This document shows, piece after piece, positions 50,202 to 62,058 of a stretch of DNA of 64,000 nucleotides. The stretch lies in NCBI GenBank assembly GCA_010405405.1, contig MU004235.1, positions 1,871,539 to 1,935,538 on the forward strand, read 5' to 3'. Source of the stretch: Microthyrium microscopicum. Lineage: Eukaryota. Each line of letters opens with the position of its first letter. Position 1 is the stretch's first letter. The notes under the pieces were generated by a model. The model made no database searches. It was not told the origin of the DNA and saw only the letters and a list, made by a program, of their open reading frames with translations. The translations under genes and the position numbers were made by a program.

Positions 50202-50639
50202 ATGCTTATCAAGTAAGTCCCAAGTACGATATGATGTTTTTCTCTCTTCGAATCGATACTCAACCATGACTGCCTTTATTTCTCCTCAACCGTCTTCATT
50301 ACTTTTGCAGCTCATCTAGAGATAAGATAGAAACGGTGCTAACTATATGTCCAACAGGATGTAGGTTTCTTGGATCATCCTTCAAGTACCTAGTTGATGC
50401 TTATGAAATTCTCACCGAACAGACTCCAGTTGAGTAACGAGAAGGAGTTTGAGATTGATATCGAGCCTGATTACACCGTCGGCAAGATCAAGAAGCTCAT
50501 TTATGAGAAGGAGGAAATTCCGGCAGACAAGCAGAAGCTTCTACTCAAGGGCTTGGTGATGAAGGATGATGAGACCGCCAGCGAACACAAGTTGGAAAAT
50601 GGTACTAAACTGAGCCTGATTCTAGCCTTGAGAGGATAG
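50202..50639 (+). CDS. Divergent NEDD8/Rub1-like ubiquitin-fold protein lacking the terminal Gly
   Basis: Exon 1 ATG CTT ATC AA|GTAAGT (MLIK). The last exon from 50423 reads LQLSNEKEFEIDIEPDYTVGKIK...EKEEIP...LILALRG-TAG. Confidence 0.8.
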
Positions 50640-51118
50640 TTATGAAGATTGGTAGCTGGCCTCTCTGCTAGATGATAATCTGGGAATAGGGTTGATCGGT
50701 TTTTAGTGCATTTATATGTATCAAGTTGATCAACACAGTTCAAATATATCCGTATTTCCCTTACAGTCTCTTTGCTTTCCGGAAAACCAGATTTACACAA
50801 TTTACAATGGCCGCAGGAACGTAGGAAGATAAGGAACAATAGTTCGTAGGCATTACTAACAGTAAAGCCATTTTTGAGTCTCTTTCCTCAGTTAAATAAT
50901 TCTCTGGCTTACGAATACTCTCGCGTCAACGTGGTAGACTCCCAATTCTATCTACTCCCGTAGTCAAAGCCTGGTGAATCACATAATTGCGCTTGTATTT
51001 GACCCAAAAAGGCTCTCATGGTCAGCTCCTGCGCCGACTGCCCAGAGCTTATTCCGCCAGAATATGCGTTCTAGGTAGCGGAGACATGAAGTGGAGGCCC
51101 CAAGGCTACTATCATTAC

Positions 51119-51350
51119 GGCGAAGACAGAGCGAATGCAAGGAGGAAGAGGCTAGTTCTAGAAGGATGAGAGATGTGCAGCAAGGACATAAGAGCAATTG
51201 CGAATGACAAGCGACGGGTGCTATCAGGATGACAGGATTGCGGCGACCAGGAGGAGGTTAGTTCTACACGGACGACAGGATTGCGGCGAAGACACAACGA
51301 AATACCACGCGGAAGAGATGGGTGCTACACGGATTAGAGGATTGCGGTGG
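51119..51350. repeat. Degenerate tandem repeat, about 4 units of 43-63 bp
   Basis: Recurring core gt(t/g)cta..(c/a)gga.(g/t)a.aggattgcgg, several copies preceded by cgaagaca/caaggaca. Confidence 0.65.
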
Positions 51351-51844
51351 ACAATATGTCTCCATGAGATAAGGCATGAGCTTGGACTACGCGGACATCC
51401 CAGTCTGGTTAATATAAAAAGGCTACGAAAAAAGGTGCACAACCGATGAAGTATAAGTGGGATCGTCCCGGGGACATTTGTATTCCACATGTCGAAGCGT
51501 CTACAGTCCTAGACACTAATCCTTTGAGCTTTGGCATTTCTATATCGAGGGACTTTTCTAAACTTACGTAGGAATGATCCAAAAGTTGAGAAGCATTCTA
51601 CTCTATCTTACAAGAATTTTCTCAAAATAACATATGGATCTGAGGATTGACCAAAAGCTACTCATCCATGGCAAGCCATCTTTGGAGTCCTGAGGAGTAT
51701 ATAAAGGCGAGGAAGGAAGTATGTAAAGAATATCTCTCAGCACAACAATCTGAACAATACTCATCTCAATATTTCAAAAATCAATTTCCTTACCCGACAT
51801 TTCAATATCACCAACAAATCAACTATCCCCAAAAAACATTCAAT

Positions 51845-52123
51845 ATGGTTTCCACAATCTACCTCTTGACCGCAACCTTCGCCATGCTAGCTGCCGCAAC
51901 CCCGGTTGCCGAAAACCACCAACTGGTGGCACGACAAGCAAGGACCGGCTGGTGCGCCGATGCTCACACCAGGGGAATCAACGCTGGGGTCACCAAAAAA
52001 TGTTGCGAACAGGTGAAAGGAAATCGCGCCGGCGACCAATGCACCGCTCAAAATACGCACACGCAGGCTGCTTTCACAGGGTGCTGCTTCCAGAACGGTA
52101 AATTGGACACAAGGGGAATGTGA
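51845..52123 (+). CDS. Small secreted 6-Cys protein (C-CC-C-CC), candidate effector
   Basis: MVSTIYLLTATFAMLAAA signal peptide; pro-region ending LVAR; upstream TATATAAA near 51698. Confidence 0.8.
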   Translation: MVSTIYLLTATFAMLAAATPVAENHQLVARQARTGWCADAHTRGINAGVTKKCCEQVKGNRAGDQCTAQNTHTQAAFTGCCFQNGKLDTRGM

Positions 52124-53404
52124 GCGTAACTGGATGTGCGGTTCTGGTGATGGTCCTTCGACGGCTTGCTGTGGATGTGGTTTTTGCGTTTGCGGAATAT
52201 GGCTTGGCATGGTGTGAAGAAAAGACGAGGGCGAGACATGAATGAGCTGTTTTTGTTTTATACTTTGCATTTTTCTAGCAATTGATTATGTGTTCTCACC
52301 CTAAAATTATCCACCTGTGACTCGAGCATTGCAGTATTGTTGGGAAGCATAGCAGCGAATGCATCATTTTCGCTCCTGAGCCGGGATAGAATAAGTTAGC
52401 TTTTGTTTCGCTCAGCTAGATTGTGACCTTCTGATGATACAAAACTCGCTGAATGTTTTGGAGAAGGCTTGGAGCACCAGCGAGTGAGAGAATGGTGAAC
52501 ATCCAGGAAAATGGCCCAGGAGGCCTGTCTTTCGAACAAATCTCAAAAGAAGTACATTATCTTTCTGACCCAAGATTCCGTTCTCATCAGTTTGAAGAGT
52601 CTTCTGTCGTACTACTGTACCGCATCAGTGCCTCCTGCTGACGTCTCTTCAGATGATGATGCGCTACGAGATTCCTGGCTTCAACCATGGGACATGTACT
52701 GAGCGATGAGCTTGTGAAGATGTTGTCTGACATCGCAAGCAAGACTTGGAAGTTCAATCATATTTCGAAGGGTGAAGGAGTCATATCGCGAGTATGATTG
52801 TATAGATCTTAGGGGAGAGAAGACTCAGAAGAGGAAGAGGTAATCAATAAACGAGTTGGAACGAGAAGTTAGAGACGATGAAGATAAGATAAGATTGACA
52901 GCAGGGACCAGGGGTCTTATACGCTAGCGTGGCTAGATCTATCTCAGCAGCCAATCAAAGGAGTTGTGTACGGAATCTTTGAAACAACATCAACAATTCG
53001 CGCCCACCTTCAGTCTTACCACCATCAGTACTATCAGTACCAGTCATACTGCCGCCTGCCATTCGTTTCATCAAATCGCGAAATATATCTCTGGCGCGTA
53101 ATCCAATGGTTCTTCATATGGCGAATCTGCACTATGACGCCCTCGTCGTCGCGCCATCTACTACCGCTCAAGGACGCGAGCGGTTGGATGACCTAGACAA
53201 AGAACAAAGCTAAACTCTCAGGAATTCTCTTGTATCACCGTAGCCACGCCCATTACAGCATGCGCTCGGAAAAGATGGTTGCTAGGTAGGTCGTCTGCTA
53301 TCATTCTCATGTAAGAATTTATCTCTTCTCATCTATATTCGCGTCTCACGATACATCCCTTTTATCAATACGCCTCCAGTATCTGCCAGCACATTGATAT
53401 TGTT

Positions 53405-54517
53405 ATGCGGACTTTAACCTTATGGGCGCTTGCCGCCACACTTGGCCTACCAGTAACCAGTGCTGCGGCCTTAACATTCCTAGGAGACCATGTGTTTGGT
53501 TTGAGCAATCTTCATGCGCGAGACTCTGCTCAATGCGGCGGCGATGCAACACTTACACCTTGCGGCGGAAGCAGGCCGGCAAATTGGTGCTGTCCTTCAA
53601 CTACTCAATGCCTTACCCTCAACAATACTGGAACCCAGGCTGTCATATGCTGTCCGAACGGCAGTTCATGCGCAACTATTCAGCCAATAACATGCGACAT
53701 AACATTTGAAGATGCCACCAAATACCCATCATCATCGGTGCACATCGCCAACCTGTCCATGGCCTTACCAGTATGCGGCTCTTCATGCTGTCCCATAGGA
53801 TTCGAATGTCAAACCGGTCTTAGCGGCGCCGCACCATTCTGTCGGATTCTTGCAGCGACGTTGGGCTCAACAACATCAGTCTCGCCATCAGGGACCACAA
53901 CACTTCCGAACAATGCTACCCGAACATCAACAAGTACACCCACAATTCCCGTCTTTCACTCGCCAGGAAAGAAAACCAACACTGGTGTGATCGTAGGCGC
54001 TGTCGTAGGCGGCATTGTTGTCATCGCGGCCATAGTCTTCTGCTGCTTTTTCTTCCGACGAAAAGTCAAGACCCGCAAACAAATCTCTGAACCAATCTAC
54101 AATCCACAACAAGCAGCCCGCAGCGACTTTCTCAACCGCTACAGAGCGCGCCATCCCGGACCATTATCTCCGCGATCTCCAATGTCACTACGCTCGCCAT
54201 CGAAGCTCTTTTCGCCCAATCGCCCTGAGACGTCGGATAGCAGGACGCCACTGACAAGCACACTGGCGAGCCCATCTGAGCGTGGAGGCGTGCGGACGGT
54301 GTATCCGCCTCAACGACCTCCGACTGCTGCGCAGCGCGCGAAGAGCTCAGGTGGTAGTGGATTGCCGAGTAACATGGAGCAGTATAGTGCGCGCATACTA
54401 CCGTCTGTGCCTGGTGGATCAGCGTCGAGGTCAAGGCAAGGCACGCCGACGCCGGGATCGTCGCCGAAGCAAGGGATGACGCTGCCGAATTCAAGGTTCT
54501 CACCAGGCAAGAAATGA
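53405..54517 (+). CDS. Single-pass membrane protein with a Cys-rich ectodomain and Ser/Thr stalk (Mid2/cell-surface-sensor-like)
   Basis: Signal peptide, repeated CCP motifs, S/T-rich region, TM helix GVIVGAVVGGIVVIAAIVFCCFFF followed by RRK, and a Ser/Pro-rich tail. Confidence 0.8.
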   Translation: MRTLTLWALAATLGLPVTSAAALTFLGDHVFGLSNLHARDSAQCGGDATLTPCGGSRPANWCCPSTTQCLTLNNTGTQAVICCPNGSSCATIQPITCDITFEDATKYPSSSVHIANLSMALPVCGSSCCPIGFECQTGLSGAAPFCRILAATLGSTTSVSPSGTTTLPNNATRTSTSTPTIPVFHSPGKKTNTGVIVGAVVGGIVVIAAIVFCCFFFRRKVKTRKQISEPIYNPQQAARSDFLNRYRARHPGPLSPRSPMSLRSPSKLFSPNRPETSDSRTPLTSTLASPSERGGVRTVYPPQRPPTAAQRAKSSGGSGLPSNMEQYSARILPSVPGGSASRSRQGTPTPGSSPKQGMTLPNSRFSPGKK

Positions 54518-54898
54518 AGCTGGTTGATGTTTTAACTTTTGTTGTTACAGCGAGCGAGTTTTTGTTTTTCTGGGTTAAGGGGGACATGGGAAGTACAGCT
54601 AGTACTTTATATCGATCGCTAATTTCTTAGTTTAATGTATTACTTCTATTAAAACGAGTTGGTGATATTTTTGACAAGGCGAAATTGCTTCTCTGTTGCT
54701 ACAGTCGTCAGGCTGAACTTCCGGCGGTACGACACATCTACTACCAATGATAGTGCTGGCAAAAACATAGCCTCCTCACAGCCCACCTCGAGCTGTTTTC
54801 TTACAGCTACTTAGCTATTGCACCAACTCAACTGTCTTTTCTTGTTCTCTACAGTATTCACTTCTGGGTTTTCGACCAATGCAGAATACGTCTGTTCC

Positions 54899-56002
54899 AT
54901 GATGCCCGAAACACGAATTTGTAACAATTTTTTCTCAAACCCCAGCAGAAAGCCCAAAATTTTCGACAGCTATCCTCATTACGAGCCTCTACGCACTGGA
55001 CAAATTCGCCTCATTAGAGTCCAACCGGGTGCCAAAGACTGTCCGATCCAGTGCAGCTTACTCGTATGCAACCTGGAAGACGCGCGAAATGAATATGATG
55101 CTTTGTCTTACGTTTGGGGAAGCACCAAGACGAGAAACCTTGAAACAGTTGACATCGACGGCGTCAGAGTCCGCGTCACTACTAGCTTATTTCGGGCACT
55201 GCAGCAGCTTCGTACACGACAGGTAGCGCCATATGATATATGGGCAGATGCTATAAGTATCAATCAATGTAGTGTTGAAGAGAAATCCGTTCAGGTACTG
55301 GCCATGCCTGAGATTTACAGCTATGCTAGGACAGTTCAGATCTGGCTAGGATCGGTCTCCTTTTGGCATTCTTTCTCCACGGCAGAAGAGATCGCGGATC
55401 TGAATATTCTAATGGGAGTGAAGGATAATGGTGAGGAAATAGCGATATCAAAGTGGATCGAGGGCAACCTTCGCTTCGGATTTCAACCCGACCGCTTTGA
55501 CCCTAGCTCCGACGACACTCACACAGTAGGCCATCTTCTACGTTCGTCCTGGTTCAAACGAAGCTGGACTATCCAAGAGGCAGCCTTGGCACAATCGGTA
55601 ACAATAAACGTAGGGTCGAGTACGCTGTCATGGATGGAAAAGGACACCTTTCGCTTCCTTAAGCGATTAAAATATCTTGAAGTGCATCCAAGATGGAGAG
55701 ATGTTCCTGACGAAACGAGGGTAGATTTGACACCGTTACGCGAGGTTTTGGAGCTTACTGTCAGAAGATTAAGCCGTCAGGGAAAATATGGCTTGAATTT
55801 GCTTGGAGATAAGGAGGACCTTCTGGACACTGTTCATCGAATGAGGGATAGGGAGGCTGGAGATCCGAGAGATCGTATCTATTCAGTTATGGCACTCGCA
55901 GATGATGCGAGAGGGTTCCCAGTGGATTATAGCTTGTCAGTAAAGGAGACGTATGAGAAGCTGTATGAGTATACCCGGGAACAACATCTAGCCAGGTGGT
56001 AG
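54899..56002 (+). CDS. HET-domain (heterokaryon incompatibility, HET-6-like) protein
   Basis: YDALSYVWG, IWADAISINQ, EKSVQV..MPEIYSYA, WFKRSWTIQEAALA and DPRDRIYSVMAL. The start codon is uncertain. Confidence 0.9.
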   Translation: MMPETRICNNFFSNPSRKPKIFDSYPHYEPLRTGQIRLIRVQPGAKDCPIQCSLLVCNLEDARNEYDALSYVWGSTKTRNLETVDIDGVRVRVTTSLFRALQQLRTRQVAPYDIWADAISINQCSVEEKSVQVLAMPEIYSYARTVQIWLGSVSFWHSFSTAEEIADLNILMGVKDNGEEIAISKWIEGNLRFGFQPDRFDPSSDDTHTVGHLLRSSWFKRSWTIQEAALAQSVTINVGSSTLSWMEKDTFRFLKRLKYLEVHPRWRDVPDETRVDLTPLREVLELTVRRLSRQGKYGLNLLGDKEDLLDTVHRMRDREAGDPRDRIYSVMALADDARGFPVDYSLSVKETYEKLYEYTREQHLARW

Positions 56003-56981
56003 GACTCAAGAATTCCGTATGGTATCTTGCGAACAGATATGGACAAAGAATTCGTGCTTTGGGAGAAGCTCGCTCTCGAAGTATTATATCTTGATACAAG
56101 GTTTTCAATCTTCGATTTAAACTGTACCAACGTTTGCATATGTTTAGAACTGCAGTTGGTTAGCCTCCAGCAGGGATATGGTTGATATATGCAGATGCTC
56201 ATAATATTAGCCTCTGCTGAAGTCTCACTTCTGAGATTCTCCACCAAGTAGTACACTTGAAAAGAACAAATGGAGCAGCAGTCTACCAGTTCACAGCCGC
56301 ATCAAAGTACACGTCCTCGATTGGGACAGGTATGTGTTTTGCCTCATGAGGTACTTTGCCTTTCATGATCAATAGCCAGTCATTCCATGTCACTTGCCAA
56401 CTTGAGCAAGAGTCAATTGCTAGACTCGATTTACAACACATTTTCCACTGGGCGTGTGACAGGGTCTTCTTCACATACTATGTAGTAAGGACAGCAATTG
56501 GCTTATGAGGCTGATATCGGGATACTTCGGGACATATGGTAACAATCACTTTCTTGCCGCGGCACCGCAGTTGGCGTAGGCTCAATGGAGGAGTCCATGT
56601 TTCGGTCGCTCCCGCGTGTGCATATCAACGAGGGCCAATGCAGGTCCAGGTGGTCGACAAGCGTGGTGAATTGCAAGAATGTCAATGGTCTACGGTAGTA
56701 GATGTTGTTGAAACTCGAAAGCAAGAAAAATATGCGGGTCCGAGATCGGGATACACCGCCTCCTCTAGCGCGCGGTTACCGCGTCAATGGCTCACGATGG
56801 CCAGACCCCGCCAATTCATTTATTTTTTTGTGTGACGCCTGGTTTTCAAAATCACAGCATTTGTCCAGTCATACCGAAAATCCCCACAACTTCTACATAA
56901 AAGCCTCAATTACCTTCTCCTGAATATTCTGCCTCACTCACCTTCAGTTCAATCCCCATACGCTCAATTGTCTCTCAAAAC

Positions 56982-58253
<1,272 letters not shown>

Positions 58254-58866
58254 AGTTCTCGACTTTGAGCAATCTTGTTAGCGGATCATGTGCATTGGAC
58301 GGAGTTTAGTGTGTGGAAAATATAAGGGTTCGAGTATATGCCATCCGGAAAAGAGACATTTCTCATGCATTTACAAAAGGCGTTCGGGTTCTCAGAAGTC
58401 ATGTTGTGTATATAGAACATAGGAAAAGTTATAGAAACGACGTGGCTGGTTTCTTAGGTTTGTGGTATTATAAATTTATATCATAGCATAACTTAACTCG
58501 TCCTTACTTCTTCTGCACAAAACTGATACTAATGCTAACAACTTAGGACTTTCTTTCGCGCATGTCCTGATTGGAACAGTATTGCCACCTTCTACCGTTG
58601 AAAATTCACAGCCCTATTGATATTGCTGAGTGGAAAAGCCGCAGCTAAGGTCTTGTAGGTACGCTGTTACTCGTCAATGCCCTGCAGAGCCTCGGGCCCG
58701 ACACCGGCCAAATAAACAATTCAATCTATAGAAATCAAATCAGCCTGTAAACCTTGACGGTCCGTGATCTGGAGGCCAAGATGGAGGAATGGAGTGCTAC
58801 AATGCTACCTCCGCTGCAATCTCGATAAAGGATTTGTAGTCGGAATACCTGAAGAGCTGGATCACG

Positions 58867-61271
58867 ATGGTTAAAGGGTTCAGCTTCCAGTTGTTGGCAT
58901 GGCTCTGGGCAGTTCCATCGCTGGCTGCGTTTCCAGACTGCAAGAATGGACCTCTCAAGGACAATAAGGTCTGTGATATGACTGCCGGTAAAATTCACCA
59001 ACCCTTCAAAATTCTTTGGGATCCTAATATTTGTTAGATGCCTTGGAGCGAGCCACATCATTAATCAAACTCTTTACCGTCGAAGAGAAGATCAATAACA
59101 CAGGCAACACAAGTCCCGGCGTCCCACGACTCGGCTTGCCCGCATATCAATGGTGGTCGGAAGCACTACACGGCGTCGCCCACAGTCCAGGCGTCAAGTT
59201 CTCCAAGAACGGCAACTTTAGCTATGCGACCTCATTTCCACAGCCCATCACCATGGGCGCCGCATTTGACGATGCGCTTATCAAAGATGTCGCTACCATC
59301 ATTAGCACGGAGGCGCGCGCATTCAGCAACGCGGGTCGCACTGGCTTGGACTTTTGGACACCGAATATAAACCCGTTCAGAGATCCACGATGGGGTCGTG
59401 GACAAGAGACGCCCGGCGAAGATCCATTCCATCTGTCGAGCTATGTGCATGCGCTCATAGATGGACTCCAAGGAAACACGGAAAGCAGATACAAGCGCAT
59501 TGTGGCGACATGTAAGCACTACGCGGGCTACGACATCGAGCAATGGCAAGGCAACGCACGCTTCGGCTTCAACGCTGTTATCTCACCACAAGATCTGGTA
59601 GAGTACTACATGCCGCCCTTCCAAGAATGTGCGCGGGACTCGAATGTTGGCGCCTTCATGTGTTCATATAACGCAGTGAATGGTGTGCCAGCGTGCGCAG
59701 ATCCATATCTGCTACAGACAATTTTGCGCGAGAAGTGGAACTGGAGCAGCGAGCAGCAGTGGGTCACTAGCGATTGTGATGCGGTCGCGAATGTGTTTAC
59801 GGACCATCACTTTACGAAGACGCCGGAGGAAGCTGTGGCGGAGAGTCTGAAGGCTGGGACTGATGTGGACTGTGGGCCGTATTATCAGAAATACCTGCCA
59901 AATGCGTATAAGCAGGGTCTATTCAATGACTCTGTGCTGGATATGGCGTTAATACGACAATATTCTTCGCTCATACGACTTGGATACTTCGATCCAGCGG
60001 AGGCTCAACCATATCGCTCCGTCGGCTTCGACAGCGTAGCGACGGAGGGAAATCTGGCACTTGCCAAACGCGCTGCGGTCGAAGGAATGGTGCTTCTCAA
60101 AAACGACGGTCTCCTCCCGCTCTCGATCAAGAATAAGCCAAAAATTTCACTTCTCGGCGACTGGGCGAACGCCACGACACAAATGCAAGGAAATTACAAA
60201 GGCACCGCACCCTTCCTAACCTCCCCTCTCGCCGCCGCCCAAAATCTATCCGCTACCGTTACATACGCTAGCACCCCCGAGGCAGCCAAAGACGCCGATG
60301 TAATCATCTACATCGGCGGCATCGACAACCACATCGAAGCAGAAGATCTCGACCGCAACAGCATATCATGGAACGCGAGCCAACTCTCCACCATCTCCAC
60401 GCTCTCCTCCTACGGAAAGAAGATGCTCGTTGTCCAAATGGGCGGCGGCCAAGTCGATTCGTCCGCAATCAAGGCCAATGCTAACATCTCTGCGCTTATC
60501 TGGGCAGGCTATCCAGGCCAAGCAGGTGGTACCGCGCTCTTCGATATCATCACAGGCGTTTCCGCGCCCGCAGGTCGTTTGCCAATCACGCAGTATCCAG
60601 CGAGCTATGTAGACGCCGTCCCAATGACGGATATGGCGCTGAGGCCGGGCCCGAAGAATCCAGGACGCACGTATAAGTGGTATACGGGAAAGCCGGTTTT
60701 TGAGTTTGGTCATGGCTTGCATTATACCAAGTTCAGTGCTTCTATCGTCACCGAAGGCGGGCTGGCGAAGAGCTATAGTATCAGCGATCTGATGAGTAAG
60801 TGTAAGGCGAGCATTGCGGACAGCTCGAGCGGTGTCAAATACGCCGATAAATGTGCCCTTGGAACTGTTCATGCTGCAATCAAGAACAAGGGTAACGTCA
60901 CGTCGGACTATGTTGCACTCGGCTTCCTGGCCGGTCAATTTGGGCCAGCGCCGCACCCAAAGAAGAGTCTGGTGGCATATACACGTCTTTCTGATATTGC
61001 GGGTGGTGCCAGCCAGACAGCAGATCTGGATTTGACGCTGGGTAGTTTGGCGAGAGTAGAGGATAATGGGAAGAAGGTGCTATATCCTGGGACGTACAAG
61101 CTGGAAGTCGACAACGGACCACTGACGAGTGTTACTTTCACGTTGACGGGAGAGAAGGCCACGCTGGATGAATGGCCGGTGCAGAAGAATCAGAGACCGC
61201 ATACGGCGAAGGGAGTGGGTAAAGGGAATGGATATCAGGGGCCGAATCCTTATCAGGCTCCTATTGCTTGA
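58867..61271 (+). CDS. Secreted GH3 beta-xylosidase (BxlB-like), 2 exons
   Basis: Signal peptide then FPDCKNGPL..NKVCD; WWSEALHGVA, WGRGQETPGEDP, KHYAGYD, MCSYNAVNG and WVTSDCDAV (nucleophile Asp). Confidence 0.93.
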
Positions 61272-62058
61272 GATATCAACATATTGGGAAATGAATAGCA
61301 CATCATCATGCAGACAATGATAATAATCTGCTATATCTTGTCATTTGCTGCTCGCATTTGAAATGCTTCTTATCCGTCTATCCATCTCCAACGTATGATA
61401 GATTTGAATCTCCATTCTGAATAAAACTAAATTAATTTAATATCGTCGGTATTCATAATAGTATAGTTTGAAGCAGATCCTATCTTTGGCTGGCTAGAAA
61501 CAATTCAGTGATTCTAGGTACAGTCAGACCTCGGATCTTTCCGACAAGAAGCCAACAAAATACACCTCTCTACACCAATGGATGTTGAAGATATCAAGCC
61601 ATTCCCAAAACAAAGAATGCGCCGGGCAGCTTGATTGACCATGACGAATCAAGTCATTCAAAGGTTACCATTCGCCGAACAACGAGTCAAGTTGCCGCTT
61701 ACACCATGCTCGCCACGAGTTAGATGGGCTGGACGCGTTGCAGATCATCGCCACCCCCAGACTAAACCCGCATCGCGGGGAACAAAGTCGGCAGTTTTGC
61801 AGCTACCACACGCTGTAAGACAATGTTTTATCAGGTCAGATGTCAGGATTAACCCATTGTAGCTGGGATAGTCAAGTACTTCTCCACGATGTGACCGGGT
61901 TCAATAGCTTTCAACGGCCTGACGTCAAACATGATTCGCATAATCTCACCGGGCTTACCAGCCTCATCCTAGACATGAACAGCTCAAGCTTTCTACTTAA
62001 TCTCTCTTCTTGGCTTCCGTGACGATAGCCTCACTTCTTCAATCCCAAATTCTCCAAA

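Noticed and set aside
51647..51844. Long N-terminal extension of the secreted protein in the ORF track
   Set aside because: It starts at a non-ATG codon and spans the TATA box and 5' UTR; the signal peptide begins at ATG 51845.
56410..56415. Gcn4/CpcA-like site (TGACTC, minus strand) upstream of the DAHP synthase
   Set aside because: Biologically plausible, but a single 6-mer about 570 bp upstream is expected by chance.
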